Below the pieces are notes generated by a model. It was not told the origin of the DNA. It saw only the letters and a program-made list of their open reading frames with translations, and ran no database searches. Positions 33,535 through 44,029 of a stretch of DNA of 64,000 nucleotides are shown here, piece by piece. How positions within the stretch are numbered: position 1 is the stretch's first letter; each line of letters begins with the position of its first letter. Source of the DNA: an uncultured Methylomirabilota bacterium (GTDB lineage Bacteria > Methylomirabilota > Methylomirabilia > Methylomirabilales > 2-02-FULL-66-22); assembly GCA_963845565.1 (NCBI GenBank), contig CAWJSJ010000001.1, positions 224,001 to 288,000 of the forward strand, given 5' to 3'. Made by a program: the position numbers and the translations under genes.

Positions 33535-33891
33535 ATGACGACGAAGATCGTTGCGTTCTTACTGTTCACCGTGTTGTGCGTGCTGGGGAGCGGCACCGGG
33601 GCCGCGGCGGCTTCTCCCCCCGCGCCCCAGGTGCCCAACACCGGGGCCAATACTGGCAATCTTGATCTGACGAGCCCCGGCGGGTTCTTCGCGCCGCCCG
33701 CGCCCGCCGGGTCGCCGACCACGCCGCCCGCAGCCTCGGGCCCGGCCCTGTCCAGTCCCTTCCCGCCGCCGTATCGCTCGCAGATCCCCAACGTCCCCGC
33801 GACGCGCCCGTTGGGGCCTGGCACCGGCGGGACCCCGAATACCCCGGGGACGGTTGGTGGAACCGGGACTGCCCTGCCTCCAGCGCCCTAG
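33535..33891 (+). CDS. Exported Pro/Gly/Thr-rich protein
   Basis: AGGAGG RBS, signal peptide, low-complexity body. Confidence 0.6.
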   Translation: MTTKIVAFLLFTVLCVLGSGTGAAAASPPAPQVPNTGANTGNLDLTSPGGFFAPPAPAGSPTTPPAASGPALSSPFPPPYRSQIPNVPATRPLGPGTGGTPNTPGTVGGTGTALPPAP

Positions 33892-34358
33892 GCGAAAGAA
33901 TGGGCGGCATCGATTCACCCCATTCTAGCTCCGCCCACCCGGGACGCCATTAATTGAGCAAGAACACGGCGTCTACTGGGGGGCGCCCAGGAGCCTCTTG
34001 TCGAATCCTGCCTCGGCGGAGCCCTGTCTCGACGGCTATTCCGCACCCGGCGCACGCGACACAATCTTCTGCGCGCTTCTCTCTTGACATCCTCACGATA
34101 CTGCCTAAATTCTATAGTAGGAGGTCTATCCATGTATCCCCCCTGGAGACGGCAAGGGCCGGGTGGGATGGCGTACCGGGAAACGTCGAGGCCCCCGTCG
34201 GTTCGCTCATGACCGGTGGGGGCATTTGTGTTTTTTCGAGGACGTTTCACCCAGCATGAAGGGCGTGCTCAATGCCCCGTTCCTCCACCCAAGGGAAAGG
34301 CGGGAATCGTGGGCGCAGGGCGGGAAGAACGTCGGCACGTCGTGAGGAGGTGGCCCAC

Positions 34359-34430
34359 ATGGCGAAGGCGCCTGGAAAGCCGCAACCTGGGAATCCAGAA
34401 CCGGGGAAGCCACAGCCGGGTCCAAGATAA
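34359..34430 (+). CDS. Putative 23-aa peptide MAKAPGKPQPGNPEPGKPQPGPR
   Basis: GAGGAGGT RBS; pentapeptide repeats with synonymous variation. Confidence 0.4.
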   Translation: MAKAPGKPQPGNPEPGKPQPGPR

Positions 34431-34526
34431 GGGAGGCCGGCCACGAGCCGAGGAGGCGCTGCGCCCCGGGCGAGGGGATCAGCTTGGTGAGGATGCCCAG
34501 TCTGATCCTGGCGAGGGGGAACACAC

Positions 34527-34928
34527 ATGGCGCACGACCACGGGAAGGAATATCAGATCAGCATTGTCCACGAGGACGGTACGGAGGAACTGAGCGGGTG
34601 GATGCAGCGCGAAGAGCAGGTGGCGCCCGCGATGGCGGCGATCCACCGGCCCCACGGTACTGCGTACTGGCTTCGGGAACGCAACGTACTCTGTCCCGAC
34701 TGCCGAGAAAGGGACCAGGGAATCTCGGAATATCCCCTGACGGCGATCCCGTCGCCTCGATACCGCCCCCACGACTCCGGGTATCTGCTGGTAGCGGGGT
34801 GGCGGAACCGGTCCGAGGTGCCCCCGCCGCGGCTGACACTTCTCGCGCAAGAAACGACGACGTTGGTGTCGATGGGATTAGAGATCGTCGCCGCCTCGCA
34901 GCGAGTTATATCCAAGCGAGCGGCGTGA
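34527..34928 (+). CDS. Hypothetical protein (CPDC motif)
   Basis: GAGGGGG RBS; protein-like composition. Confidence 0.5.
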   Translation: MAHDHGKEYQISIVHEDGTEELSGWMQREEQVAPAMAAIHRPHGTAYWLRERNVLCPDCRERDQGISEYPLTAIPSPRYRPHDSGYLLVAGWRNRSEVPPPRLTLLAQETTTLVSMGLEIVAASQRVISKRAA

Positions 34929-34970
34929 GCGTGGGGGGGTCCCGCCGCCCAAGCTGAGTGTCACCTCCCG

Positions 34971-35121
34971 TCCGACCGATCGGAGGTTCTCCGAAATTTC
35001 GGGCGATTCGTGGCGTGGCTTCCCTCGCCTGTCGCCCGCCGCATCCCCGTCAACCATTTATTTCCAAACGGTGAACGCCGTGTCGCGCCCACGGCCTGGC
35101 GGGCTGGATCCGGTGTTGCAT
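34971..35121 (+). promoter_or_regulatory. Sigma54-type promoter unit G
   Basis: TCCGACCGATCGGA-GGTTC-TCCGAAATTTCGGG; CAACCATTTATTT at 35051; TGGATCCGGTGTTGCAT (35105-35121). Confidence 0.85.
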
Positions 35122-35415
35122 GTTGTGGAGTAGGCTCACAATTTCACCTGCTGCCGGGCCCCGCGGCTGCGCGGACACCCAAGCGCGAGATTGGGCGCGC
35201 CGAACCCAGAACCGCGGCTGCGGGGAACAAAAAGGGGGCGCGGGGTCGTGGACTTGGTCACCCGACGCGACTCCGCGTCCCTCCGGAGGATTCCCGTGGA
35301 GCTCACAGTTGCTCTGAACGAATCTGGTTCTGACCAACGCCGTGCCCGCAATGAGAGTTTGCCCGGAACGAGAGGTCAGGACAAGGTGCGCCTGACTGTG
35401 CGAAAGGAGGAGAGC

Positions 35416-36123
35416 ATGCGACGTGTTGTCTGGATGACGGTTGTGATTCCAGGGTTGGTGCTGCTGGTCTCTGGGTGCGCGACACGAGACTGGGTACGGG
35501 GATACGTGGCGCCGAAAGAGCTCGATATCGACCAGCGCATTGCGAAGGTCGAAGGGAAGGTCGGCGAGGAGACCGGGCGCATTGACCAGCGTATCACCGC
35601 GACAGAGGGACGGGTGACCGCGGGAACCCAGCGTATCGAGGGAATGAACGGCCGCATGAACACGCTCGAGACCTCCATTGGAGAGGCGGGAGAGGGGGCC
35701 AAGGTCGCTCGGGAGCGCGCGGACACCGCCGTGGCCAAAGCGGACGAGACCGATAGCCGGCTCACGCGTCTGTGGGACAGCCGCAACAATTGGAGCCTCG
35801 TGGAAACCATTGAGGTACCGTTCCGCTTTAACCGCTGGGACCTCAGCGATAAGTCCGAGACGGCTCTCGTGGGTTTGGTCCGCGAGCTGAAAACGAACAA
35901 TAAACTCGCCGTGGTCCTCGAGGGGTACACGGACCCGAGCGGGGACGCGGAGTACAACCTCCAGCTCAGTCAGCGCAGAGTCGAGACCGTGCGGCGGTTC
36001 CTCGTAAAGCAAGGGGTGGAGCTACCGCGGATCCATGCCGTCGGCCTGGGCCCGATCCTCGATCCCGCAACCCCCAAAGAACAGAAGCGCCGAGTGACGG
36101 TAAAGCTGACGCTCGCCGAATAG
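35416..36123 (+). CDS. OmpA family lipoprotein with coiled-coil N-terminus
   Basis: VSGC lipobox; EGYTDPSG…YNLQLSQRR…RRV. Confidence 0.9.
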   Translation: MRRVVWMTVVIPGLVLLVSGCATRDWVRGYVAPKELDIDQRIAKVEGKVGEETGRIDQRITATEGRVTAGTQRIEGMNGRMNTLETSIGEAGEGAKVARERADTAVAKADETDSRLTRLWDSRNNWSLVETIEVPFRFNRWDLSDKSETALVGLVRELKTNNKLAVVLEGYTDPSGDAEYNLQLSQRRVETVRRFLVKQGVELPRIHAVGLGPILDPATPKEQKRRVTVKLTLAE

Positions 36124-36598
36124 GCCTTGGCGTCCGGGCGAAGACCCATCGCCAAATACTGCATTTGCTCACGCATTCCCCGAGAGTTCTGCGGGCGGCC
36201 CGACAAGGGTCGTCCGCAGAACTCTCCGATCTCCCGCGCGTCAGAGTGTTGAGCGTGCATTGCCACGAACCGAAGGCGCGGAGACAAGAGAACGGCTTCA
36301 AGAAGTTGGTTCAGGACGAGCAAGCCCCCCTGCGTCCCGTATTAATCCTCGTCGGCGGTGAACCTACGGCTCGCCTTAAAGCCCCGGCTCGTGCCTTCTG
36401 CTCGACAATACGCCGCTCCTTCTCGTATTCATGTGTCGAGATGGCTCCGCAAGAAACCGAAAGACACCCTGAAACACTGAAGGAACGGCATGCGTATAAG
36501 AATGCAGGGTGGGAAGTGAATACTCACTCTTACAAGAACGTCCAATCGCATTAGCGAGAAGTGGAAGAAACGATCGTAGTTCAGCAGGGAGGGGTCCA

Positions 36599-37059
36599 AT
36601 GCGTAAGCTCCTCGTAATTACTCTGGTTGGAGCCCTGGTGTTTGCCGCTCTTCCAGGCGCCGCTCTGGCGGGGGGAGGTTGGCACGGCGGGTATCGTGGT
36701 GGGTACGGCGGGTACTACGGGGGCCACGGCGGGTGGTGGTGGCCGGGGGCCGTCATCGGGGGCTTGGCGCTTGGCGCGGCCGCCATCGTGACCGCGCCAT
36801 TCTGGGCGTTATCCGCTGCGCCGGCGTATGCCCCACCACCGGCCTATGCGCCGCCCGTGGTGTACACCCCGCCGCCGATCCGCCGACCTACCAGCAGGCA
36901 CCGAGCTACCCGCCGCCGCCCCAGGCCGCTGCGATCCAGCGGGAGGTCGTCTATCCAACCGGGCGGTACGTGCTCTACGGTGACGGAGTGCGCCAGCCGT
37001 GGCGGTGGGTCTGGGTACCGTCAACGTCGCCGCCTCCGCCACCATCCCCGGTACCCTAA
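36599..37059 (+). CDS. Exported Gly/Pro-rich protein (frameshift near 36880)
   Basis: Signal peptide, GGYRGGY, YAPPP, QREVVYPTGRY. Confidence 0.65.
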
Positions 37060-37226
37060 CCTTTGCCGGTCACCCTCCATTGCCTGCTGTGGGGGGGCGG
37101 ATGATTTGCTCCGTTTCCTCCTGGCACGTCGTGAACGGGCACGCCAGGCCGACTGGCGCCGCCGCTTGGCGCCAATACGCCCACTCCCCTGCGAGTCCCA
37201 GCGCCCCCGCTCAGCGTCACCTCCCC

Positions 37227-37378
37227 TCCGACCCCTCGGAGGCGCTCCGAGATCTCGGGCGATTCCCGCTTACGCCTCGCTGGAGATTCCACCGCAGCAT
37301 CCGGTCCAACCACACGATTAATCAGGGCGGAGACCCCGTCAGCCTCAACGACCCGGGGGGTGGATCTGGTGTTGCATA
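37227..37378 (+). promoter_or_regulatory. Sigma54-type promoter unit H
   Basis: TCCGACCCCTCGGA-GGCGC-TCCGAGATCTCGGG; TGGATCTGGTGTTGCATA (37361-37378). Confidence 0.85.
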
Positions 37379-37531
37379 TTCAGTTGAACGAGAGGTGCAC
37401 AGGACGGAGGGATGCGGGCGGAGCAGGCGTGGGGACGTGACACGTGCCCGGCTTTGGGTGCCCGGCCCGGCTGGAGGACCTGGGGAGCACCACTCGGCGG
37501 ATGGCCTCGCGCCATCCGGGAGGAGGTTCAC

Positions 37532-37606
37532 ATGTATTCGATCGTCTACATCGTGGGCGCGGTGGTCATCGTTATCGTGGTGTTGAAGATGGTCGGGCTC
37601 TACTAG
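37532..37606 (+). CDS. 24-aa membrane microprotein (MYSIVYIVGAVVIVIVVLKMVGLY)
   Basis: GGAGGAGG RBS; paralogue of 26672 and 45207. Confidence 0.8.
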   Translation: MYSIVYIVGAVVIVIVVLKMVGLY

Positions 37607-37607
37607 G

Positions 37608-37651
37608 CCGGATTATTCACGAAGGATTCGTGAATAATCCGGGCTTACCTG
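37608..37651. repeat. Perfect palindrome CCGGATTATTCACGAA-GGA-TTCGTGAATAATCCGG, copy 1
   Basis: Identical to the copy at 47357-47403, including the trailing GCTTACCTG. Confidence 0.9.
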
Positions 37652-37659
37652 AAGAACAA

Positions 37660-37767
37660 CCATTCCCGCCTGCAGCGGGAGGACACGCGGTGGTGGGCGG
37701 ACCGGGTACCCATCCACTAGGATGGGTGCGGTGTCACCATGCACCGGCGACGTCTGATCCGTTCCGG
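37660..37767 (-). repeat. 108-bp dispersed repeat, inverted copy of 60951-61058
   Basis: Ungapped manual alignment of the two copies; shared hairpins. Confidence 0.85.
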
Positions 37768-37889
37768 ACCGCCGATCCCAAGGGTTCTCGTTTTTCCGAG
37801 GGGAAGCTCCTCGACAGGTCGCCGGGGCTCGGAGCAGCGCGGGCGCCGCGTTTCTCATCAACAAGGGTGTGGAGAAGGGAGACGGAAAC

Positions 37890-38477
37890 ATGGCACGGGG
37901 AACGGTGATTGCGGTGTTGGCGCTGAGTCTGGGGATGCTTGCGGCCCCCAACCTCGCCGCCCAGGGGACGGCCAGCGGCGAGATGGCGTCCGCAGAGCGA
38001 GCGGTCAAGAACGCCGGGGCGACCGCCACGCGGGAGGTCACGGACTCGTTTCTCACCCTCCAGGCCAAGCTGGCCTTATTCGCGGACGAACGGGTCAGCA
38101 GCGGTGACGTCCACGTCACGACCCAGAATGGGGTCATTACGCTCCGCGGGAAGGTGGACAGTGAGACGGAGCAGCAGGCTGCCGGGGAGATCGCGCGAAC
38201 CATCGAGGGCGCGCGGGACGTGAGCAATCAGTTGACGGTGGTGCCGCAGGCAGAACGAAAGGCGGTCGAGCGGCAGGATGACCAGATCGTGAAGGACGTG
38301 AAGCGGGAGATCAAGAGAGATGCCGGTCTGAAGAAGGCCCGCATCCATGTGCGTGCAGACGACGGGATCGTCACGCTCACAGGGAAGACCCCATCGCTTG
38401 AGACGAGCGTCCGCGCCTCCGAGACAGCCCGCCGGGTGTCCGGTGTGCGCGCCGTGCGGAACGAGCTTGCGTTGTAG
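37890..38477 (+). CDS. Double BON domain protein
   Basis: Paralogue of 21596-22150. Confidence 0.9.
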   Translation: MARGTVIAVLALSLGMLAAPNLAAQGTASGEMASAERAVKNAGATATREVTDSFLTLQAKLALFADERVSSGDVHVTTQNGVITLRGKVDSETEQQAAGEIARTIEGARDVSNQLTVVPQAERKAVERQDDQIVKDVKREIKRDAGLKKARIHVRADDGIVTLTGKTPSLETSVRASETARRVSGVRAVRNELAL

Positions 38478-38677
38478 TGCAAAGGGGCACGTCCGCTAGG
38501 GTACCGGCCTCCGCCCGTGCCCGCGGCCGGCAGCGCGCCGCGGGTCTTCGGGTGAGGGTCGTGCCCCCGTCGCCGTGGGGTCGTTCGACGAAACGGAGAT
38601 TGCTGTACGCCAAATAACCCCTGTGTTGACGCGAAGCCCGGGGCAGCACCGGAGCCGCATGAGATAGGAGACGCAAC

Positions 38678-38881
38678 ATGTCCGTTGCCAAGATTTCAGA
38701 AATCAGTGCGACGTCGACCAAGAGTTTCGAGGACGCGATCCAGCAAGGGATTACGCGCGCGACCCGGACGCTACGGAACGTCACAAGCGCGTGGATCAAG
38801 GAGCAGCATCTCCGCGTCGAGAACGGACGGCCGGCAGAGTACCAGGTGAACATGATGGTGACGTTCGTGCTCGACGATTAG
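38678..38881 (+). CDS. Dodecin family protein
   Basis: MSVAKISEISATSTKSFEDAIQQGITRA…EYQVNMMVTFVLD. Confidence 0.9.
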   Translation: MSVAKISEISATSTKSFEDAIQQGITRATRTLRNVTSAWIKEQHLRVENGRPAEYQVNMMVTFVLDD

Positions 38882-39665
38882 CCTGGATCGGCCGGGTGCT
38901 GCGAAGCGCTTTTTGGCCAACGGCCGCGCCCGCACATCGAGGAGCCTGTGCCGCGCATGGGCGCACCAGGCGCCGGTCACGGATGCGCTCTACACCGACA
39001 TTGGCGCTGGCCACCTCGTGCGGTCCGTTCACGGCTCGCGCCGAACTTTCGCTCGCAGAGAACGGGGAGCGGTTCATACGTTCGCGTGAAGTTCGCCTTC
39101 AGCGCGACGGCTCCCGGCTCTGAACCGGGGGGGGCGCGTACGCGGCCGGGAAGAGAATGTGCCAGTTCCGAACGGCTCTGCATGCATCGAACGCGCGGCC
39201 GAGGTCGGCAGCACAGCGACGGAGCGCGGGGGCCGCCCCCGACTGACCGGGCGCGGAACAGGCACGCGCCGCCGTTCACGCGGGCCAGGCAAACGGAAAT
39301 CCGGGTCCTGGTGATAGGGGATCGATGGCTTGCGGTGCCTCGCGGCCGGAGGGCGACGATTCTCGACCTCGTCTGACAGTTTTGGTCCATCGATTGGAGA
39401 GGTGGATCAGCATCGCGGGGTGGTTAGGGGGTGTTGCCCCACGATGCAGCCGATCGGGCGTGTCTTCCTTCCTGATGCCCGAGAATCCCGACCTGGATGG
39501 CGGGGGACCGGAGCGATCGCGAGCCCGCTCGGGAATTCTCTTTGTGGACGGTCAGTTACGAGGGTGTCCAGGGCGGGAAAGAGACGCGTCCTGGCGTGAC
39601 GCGGCGACCTGCGCTCAGGCGCGGGCCATGCACAGGACCGATGATTTCCGGGACGACCGCACTCC

Positions 39666-39681
39666 TGGCACTGAGGTTGCA
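39666..39681 (+). promoter_or_regulatory. Canonical sigma54 -24/-12 element without the TCCGA UAS
   Basis: TGGCACTGAGGTTGCA matches TGGCAC-N5-TTGCA, just upstream of the FecR gene. Confidence 0.65.
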
Positions 39682-39729
39682 ATACCCATTAGCGGCTCAT
39701 AATGCGCGAGGTGTTTCCTCTCGTGCCGA

Positions 39730-40272
39730 ATGGAGGGCGACCATGAAAATCCTGAACGGGGCTCGGGTGTTTGGCTCGACTCGGCCGCATGGATTTCTTC
39801 GTCCCGCCATGTGCCGGTAGTGGGATTGGGGGCGGTGCTGGGGCTGGTGGTGAGTCTCGTGGCTGCCTCGGCGTGGGCGGCGGAGGGGGAGACGATCGGC
39901 AGCATCAAGACCCTCCAGGGGCAGGCGGCCGTCGTCCGCACGCAGCAAATTCTCCCGGCGGAAATCGGATTGAAGCTGGTGAAAACCGACGTCCTCAAGA
40001 CCGGCCCGAACGGCAGCGTCGGGATCATTCTGCGGGACGACACGCTCCTCTCCGTGGGGCCGAACAGCGAACTGCTTCTGGCCGACTTTGTCTTTGCTCC
40101 GGCTGAGGGAAAGCTGTCCCTCGTGACCAGGCTGACGCAGGGGACTGCCGCCTACCTCAGCGGGCAGATCGGCAAGCTCGCGCCGCACGCGGTCCGTTTC
40201 GAGACGCCCGTGGCCACGATCGGGACGCGGGGGACGATGTTCGCGGTCAAGATCGATGCGCCCCGCCCGTGA
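39730..40272 (+). CDS. FecR domain protein (start uncertain)
   Basis: DVLKTGPNGSVGIILRDDTLLSVGPNSEL…TPVATIGTRGT. Confidence 0.85.
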   Translation: MEGDHENPERGSGVWLDSAAWISSSRHVPVVGLGAVLGLVVSLVAASAWAAEGETIGSIKTLQGQAAVVRTQQILPAEIGLKLVKTDVLKTGPNGSVGIILRDDTLLSVGPNSELLLADFVFAPAEGKLSLVTRLTQGTAAYLSGQIGKLAPHAVRFETPVATIGTRGTMFAVKIDAPRP

Positions 40273-40290
40273 GACCCGTCCGCCGTACGT

Positions 40291-40912
40291 GATGCCCGGG
40301 CCGGCCGGTCGCGCGCTCCTGCTGATGTGTCTGTCTGCTCGGCGGCGTGGTGGGCTGTGCCACGCTCGCCCCTCCCGCGGCGGTCGTCGTCCTCCTCCAA
40401 GAGCCGGATGGCACCATCGGCCGGATCGACGTCCACACCGGACAGGGGACGCAAACCCTGAGTGCGGCCGGCCAGGCCACCACGGTGGCCACGCCGGTGC
40501 GCCCGCGTCGGCGCCGGTGACGCTCCCCGCCCAGGAGATCGCCGACACCTTCGGCGCCGCATTGGTCGCTCTCCCGAGCCCGCCGGTGCGATTCACGCTC
40601 TACTTTCTTTCGGACTCGGTCGAGTTGACGCCGCAGTCCACGCGCCTCATTCCTCAGATCGTCGCCGTCATCCGGGACCGCCGGTCCGTGGACACGAGCG
40701 TGGTCGGCCATACCGATACGGTCGCGTCCAAGGCGTACAACGACCCCCTCGCCCGGCGGCGGGCAGAAGCAGTCGGCAGGCTCCTGGAGGCCGGCGGCGT
40801 CGCCCCCGAGATCCTCGAGATTGCATCCCACGGCAAAGACAACCCGGCCGTCCCGACCGGCGACAACGTGGCCGAATTGCTGAATCGGCGCGTGGAGGTC
40901 ACGGTCTGGTAG
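40291..40912 (+). CDS. OmpA family lipoprotein (N-terminal frameshifts)
   Basis: VGHTDTV…YND.LARRRAE…HG…NRRVEV. Confidence 0.8.
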
Positions 40913-40929
40913 TGGGGACAGGGGGAAAT

Positions 40930-42987
40930 ATGCCCTGGGGGGTCTTCCGCAGAGCACCGGACAGCCGTCCATGGAAAGGCAGATTCCTCGTCCTGCTGGG
41001 GCTGGCCCTCGCCGTGGCCGTCGGGGGGCTCCACGCGTTCAAGCCCCACTTCCTCGCCGCTATTGAGTCCCTCGTGTACGACACCCTGCTGCGCTCCGTC
41101 GCCCGCCCCGAGACGGCCGGCGCGGTGGTCGTCGTGGATCTGGACGAGCCCAGCCTCGCGCGATTCGGGCAATGGCCCTGGCCGCGGTACCGGTTGGCGG
41201 CCCTCCTGGACAAGCTCACCGCCCTGGGGGCCGTGAGTGTCGGTGTGGATCTGGTGCTCGCCGAAGCGGACCAGAGTTCACCAGCCCAGCTCGAGCAGCA
41301 GTGGCGCCGCGAGTTCCACGCGCCGGTGCAGATCCGGAATCTGCCTGCGAAACTCCATGATCATGATGCCCTCCTGGCGGCGACCCTCGCGCGCGGCCCG
41401 TATGTCCTGAGCTACGGCTTCCTGTACGGCGGGATCGAGCGGCCCGTGACCCCCTGCCTGCTGCATCCGCTGACGGCAGCACTCCGCGTTCGGCCCGGGA
41501 CGGCGGACCCCCAGTCCTCCTTCCATCACGCCTCGGGCGTGGTCTGCAGTCTGCCACCGTTGGCCCGCGCCGCTGGTATGTCTGGGTTTTTCAATGCCGT
41601 CCCCGATCCCGACGGGCGGCTCCGCCGGACCCCCGTCGTCATCCGGTACCAGGACGGCCTCTACCCCAGCCTGGCCCTGGCCACCTTCCTCCGCGCGCGC
41701 GGCCTCCGGCAGGTCATGGTCACCCTGAACCCGGAGGGAATCGAGTCGCTCCAGGTCGGGGGTCTCACGGTGCCCTTGGACGCCAACGGCAACCTTCTTC
41801 TCAACTACCGGGGCCCTCGGCGCACATTTCCGTATATCTCCGCGGCGGACGTCCTGCTGGACCGGGTGCCTCCGGAGGTGGTCCGGGGGAAGATCGTATT
41901 GGTCGGCACCTCGGCGACCGGGCTCCATGAGTTGCGGGCCACGCCGCTCGACGCGGCGGTCCCCGGTGTCGAGATTCACGCCACCGTGCTCGACAACCTG
42001 CTCCAGGGAGACTTCCTGCAGGCCCCCCGGTACGCCCGGGGCCTCGACCTGGGGCTGGTGCTGCTTGCCGGGCTGGCGGCCAGTCTCCTGCTGGCCTGGA
42101 CGGGCGCGGTGTTCAGCCTCGCTCTGCTGGTCGCCGGAGGCGTCAGTGCGTGGGTGGGCTGTCAGTGGTTGCTGGCCCACCAGGGCGTGGTCGCCTCGCC
42201 GGTCCCGCTCTGGCTGGTGCTGGCCGTGGAGTTCTCCGGGCTGTCGCTGGCCAAACTCTGGCGGGCCGAGCGACACGCTCGACAGCGCACCAGAGAGCTC
42301 GTGCTGACCCAGGATGCGGCGATTCAAAGCCTGGCCGCCCTGGGGGAGGCGCGGGATACGGAGACCGGCGGCCATCTCGTGCGCACGCAGGACTACGCCA
42401 GCGCCCTGGCCCGGCATCTCTGCCGGCACCCCAAGTTCCGCGCCCAGCTCGACGAGGCGACCCTCGAGGCCCTGCACAAGATGGCGCCCCTCCACGACGT
42501 CGGGAAAATTGGGATCCGGGACGCCATCCTCCTCAAGCCGGGGCCCCTGACGGCGGAGGAGTTCGAGGCGATGAAGCAGCACACGGTGATTGCCCATCAG
42601 ATCTTTCGCGAGGCCGAGGCGCGCCTGGGGTCCAACTCCTTCCTCCGCATCGCCGATCAGGTGGCCCACTCCCATCATGAGCGGTGGGACGGCACCGGCT
42701 ATCCCGCAGGACTGCGGGGAGAGGCCATTCCGCTCGTCGGCCGGATTATGGCGGTGGTCGATGTCTATGATGCCTTGATCAGCCGCCGGGCGTACAAGCC
42801 CCCCAGGACGCACGAGGAGGCGGTCACCACGATCGTGGCCGGTCGCGGGTCACGCTTCGATCCAGACATTGTCGATGCCTTCGTGGAGATCGAAGCCGAG
42901 TTCAAGCGAATCGGTCGCACGTGCGCCGATCCTGACCCTGTCCAGACCGTGCGAGATCGCGTCCCCTGTTCCGTCAGGCCGCGTTGA
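40930..42987 (+). CDS. CHASE2 sensor - HD-GYP phosphodiesterase
   Basis: VDLDEPSL.RFGQWPWPR, TM helices, HDVGKIG, HHERWDGTGYP. Confidence 0.92.
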   Translation: MPWGVFRRAPDSRPWKGRFLVLLGLALAVAVGGLHAFKPHFLAAIESLVYDTLLRSVARPETAGAVVVVDLDEPSLARFGQWPWPRYRLAALLDKLTALGAVSVGVDLVLAEADQSSPAQLEQQWRREFHAPVQIRNLPAKLHDHDALLAATLARGPYVLSYGFLYGGIERPVTPCLLHPLTAALRVRPGTADPQSSFHHASGVVCSLPPLARAAGMSGFFNAVPDPDGRLRRTPVVIRYQDGLYPSLALATFLRARGLRQVMVTLNPEGIESLQVGGLTVPLDANGNLLLNYRGPRRTFPYISAADVLLDRVPPEVVRGKIVLVGTSATGLHELRATPLDAAVPGVEIHATVLDNLLQGDFLQAPRYARGLDLGLVLLAGLAASLLLAWTGAVFSLALLVAGGVSAWVGCQWLLAHQGVVASPVPLWLVLAVEFSGLSLAKLWRAERHARQRTRELVLTQDAAIQSLAALGEARDTETGGHLVRTQDYASALARHLCRHPKFRAQLDEATLEALHKMAPLHDVGKIGIRDAILLKPGPLTAEEFEAMKQHTVIAHQIFREAEARLGSNSFLRIADQVAHSHHERWDGTGYPAGLRGEAIPLVGRIMAVVDVYDALISRRAYKPPRTHEEAVTTIVAGRGSRFDPDIVDAFVEIEAEFKRIGRTCADPDPVQTVRDRVPCSVRPR

Positions 42988-43057
42988 TGACACGCGTGGG
43001 TGGAGGCGGGGCCGCGGTCCATTTCCCGGTGTCCTGTTGGGAGGGAAGACGGACACG

Positions 43058-43298
43058 ATGCCGACCATCGTGACATACACCGACGAGCAGCCGCCGCCGA
43101 ATCGGTGCCCCCACCGGGATCGGCTCGCCGCCGCGGGCAAGCGCATGTTGCTTCGCCGAAATGGAATGGCTCGATGCGCCGCAGCGGGACGCGCGCGGGG
43201 TGTACCAGGACCGGCGCTGTCCGCGGTGCGGCTTTACCGTCCGGGTGATTCTCCACGAGATCCCGGACACAACCCTATTGATTGGCCCCGCACGGTAG
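43058..43298 (+). CDS. Small Cys-containing hypothetical protein (frameshifted)
   Basis: MPTIVTYTDEQPPPNR… joins CCFAEM…RCPRCGFTVRVI in an adjacent frame. Confidence 0.45.
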
Positions 43299-43685
43299 AG
43301 CTTCAAGGCAGCGTCGGAGCCATCCGTCCTAAACACCACGAGCGCCGAACAGAGCCCGGCGCTCGTGAGAGACGCGCCCCACTGCGGGATCGCGCGTCCA
43401 CTGCTCAGCCGCCCGATGATCCATCCCACTCGCCAACGCTCGTTCCACATTGGTTCCCGAGGGCGGCTTGAGGCCCCGGCGGAGTGTCGGCACAGGGCGC
43501 CCGTCCGTATCCTCGCGCAACCCCCTGTGTCTCTGCGGGCCTCCCGCCGACGGGACGTCCCGACGGCGGGAGGCGTCGTGAGGTTAGGAGCCGTTACGAA
43601 ATAACGTGTCCATTTTGTGCAATTTCGTTACGGCTCCTTATGCCGCTCCCGAATTTCTCCGGTCAAGTTATTCTTTGACAACCGC

Positions 43686-44029
43686 TTACTTGGGACTGCT
43701 GGGGGAATTCGCACCCCCCACGTCGATGATGCGGGCGACCTTCTGCCCGCCCTGTTCGCTATATGTCACTTGGACCTCTTGGCCGATCGCCGGGGCGCTC
43801 GTGTACTCCAAGGAGGGGGCGAGCGTGAACTGCATCCCGGTATCGAGAGTCAAGGTCCGTTGGTCGAGATCGACAGCCGTGATCTTACCCGTGGCCGACA
43901 TCTCCATCTGGCGCGTCCCCGTCTCGGGCATCGTGCCGGCCGTGCCTGCTGGAGTCCCCATCTGGGCGACCGCGGGCGCGGCCGCCAGTAGAAGGCCAAT
44001 CAGGGTCGATGCACCGCACGCTTTTTCAT
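43686..44029 (-). CDS. Exported DUF1344-like beta-barrel protein (frameshift in signal peptide)
   Basis: GKITAVDLDQRTLTLDTG…GQEVQVTY; AAGGAG RBS. Confidence 0.65.
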
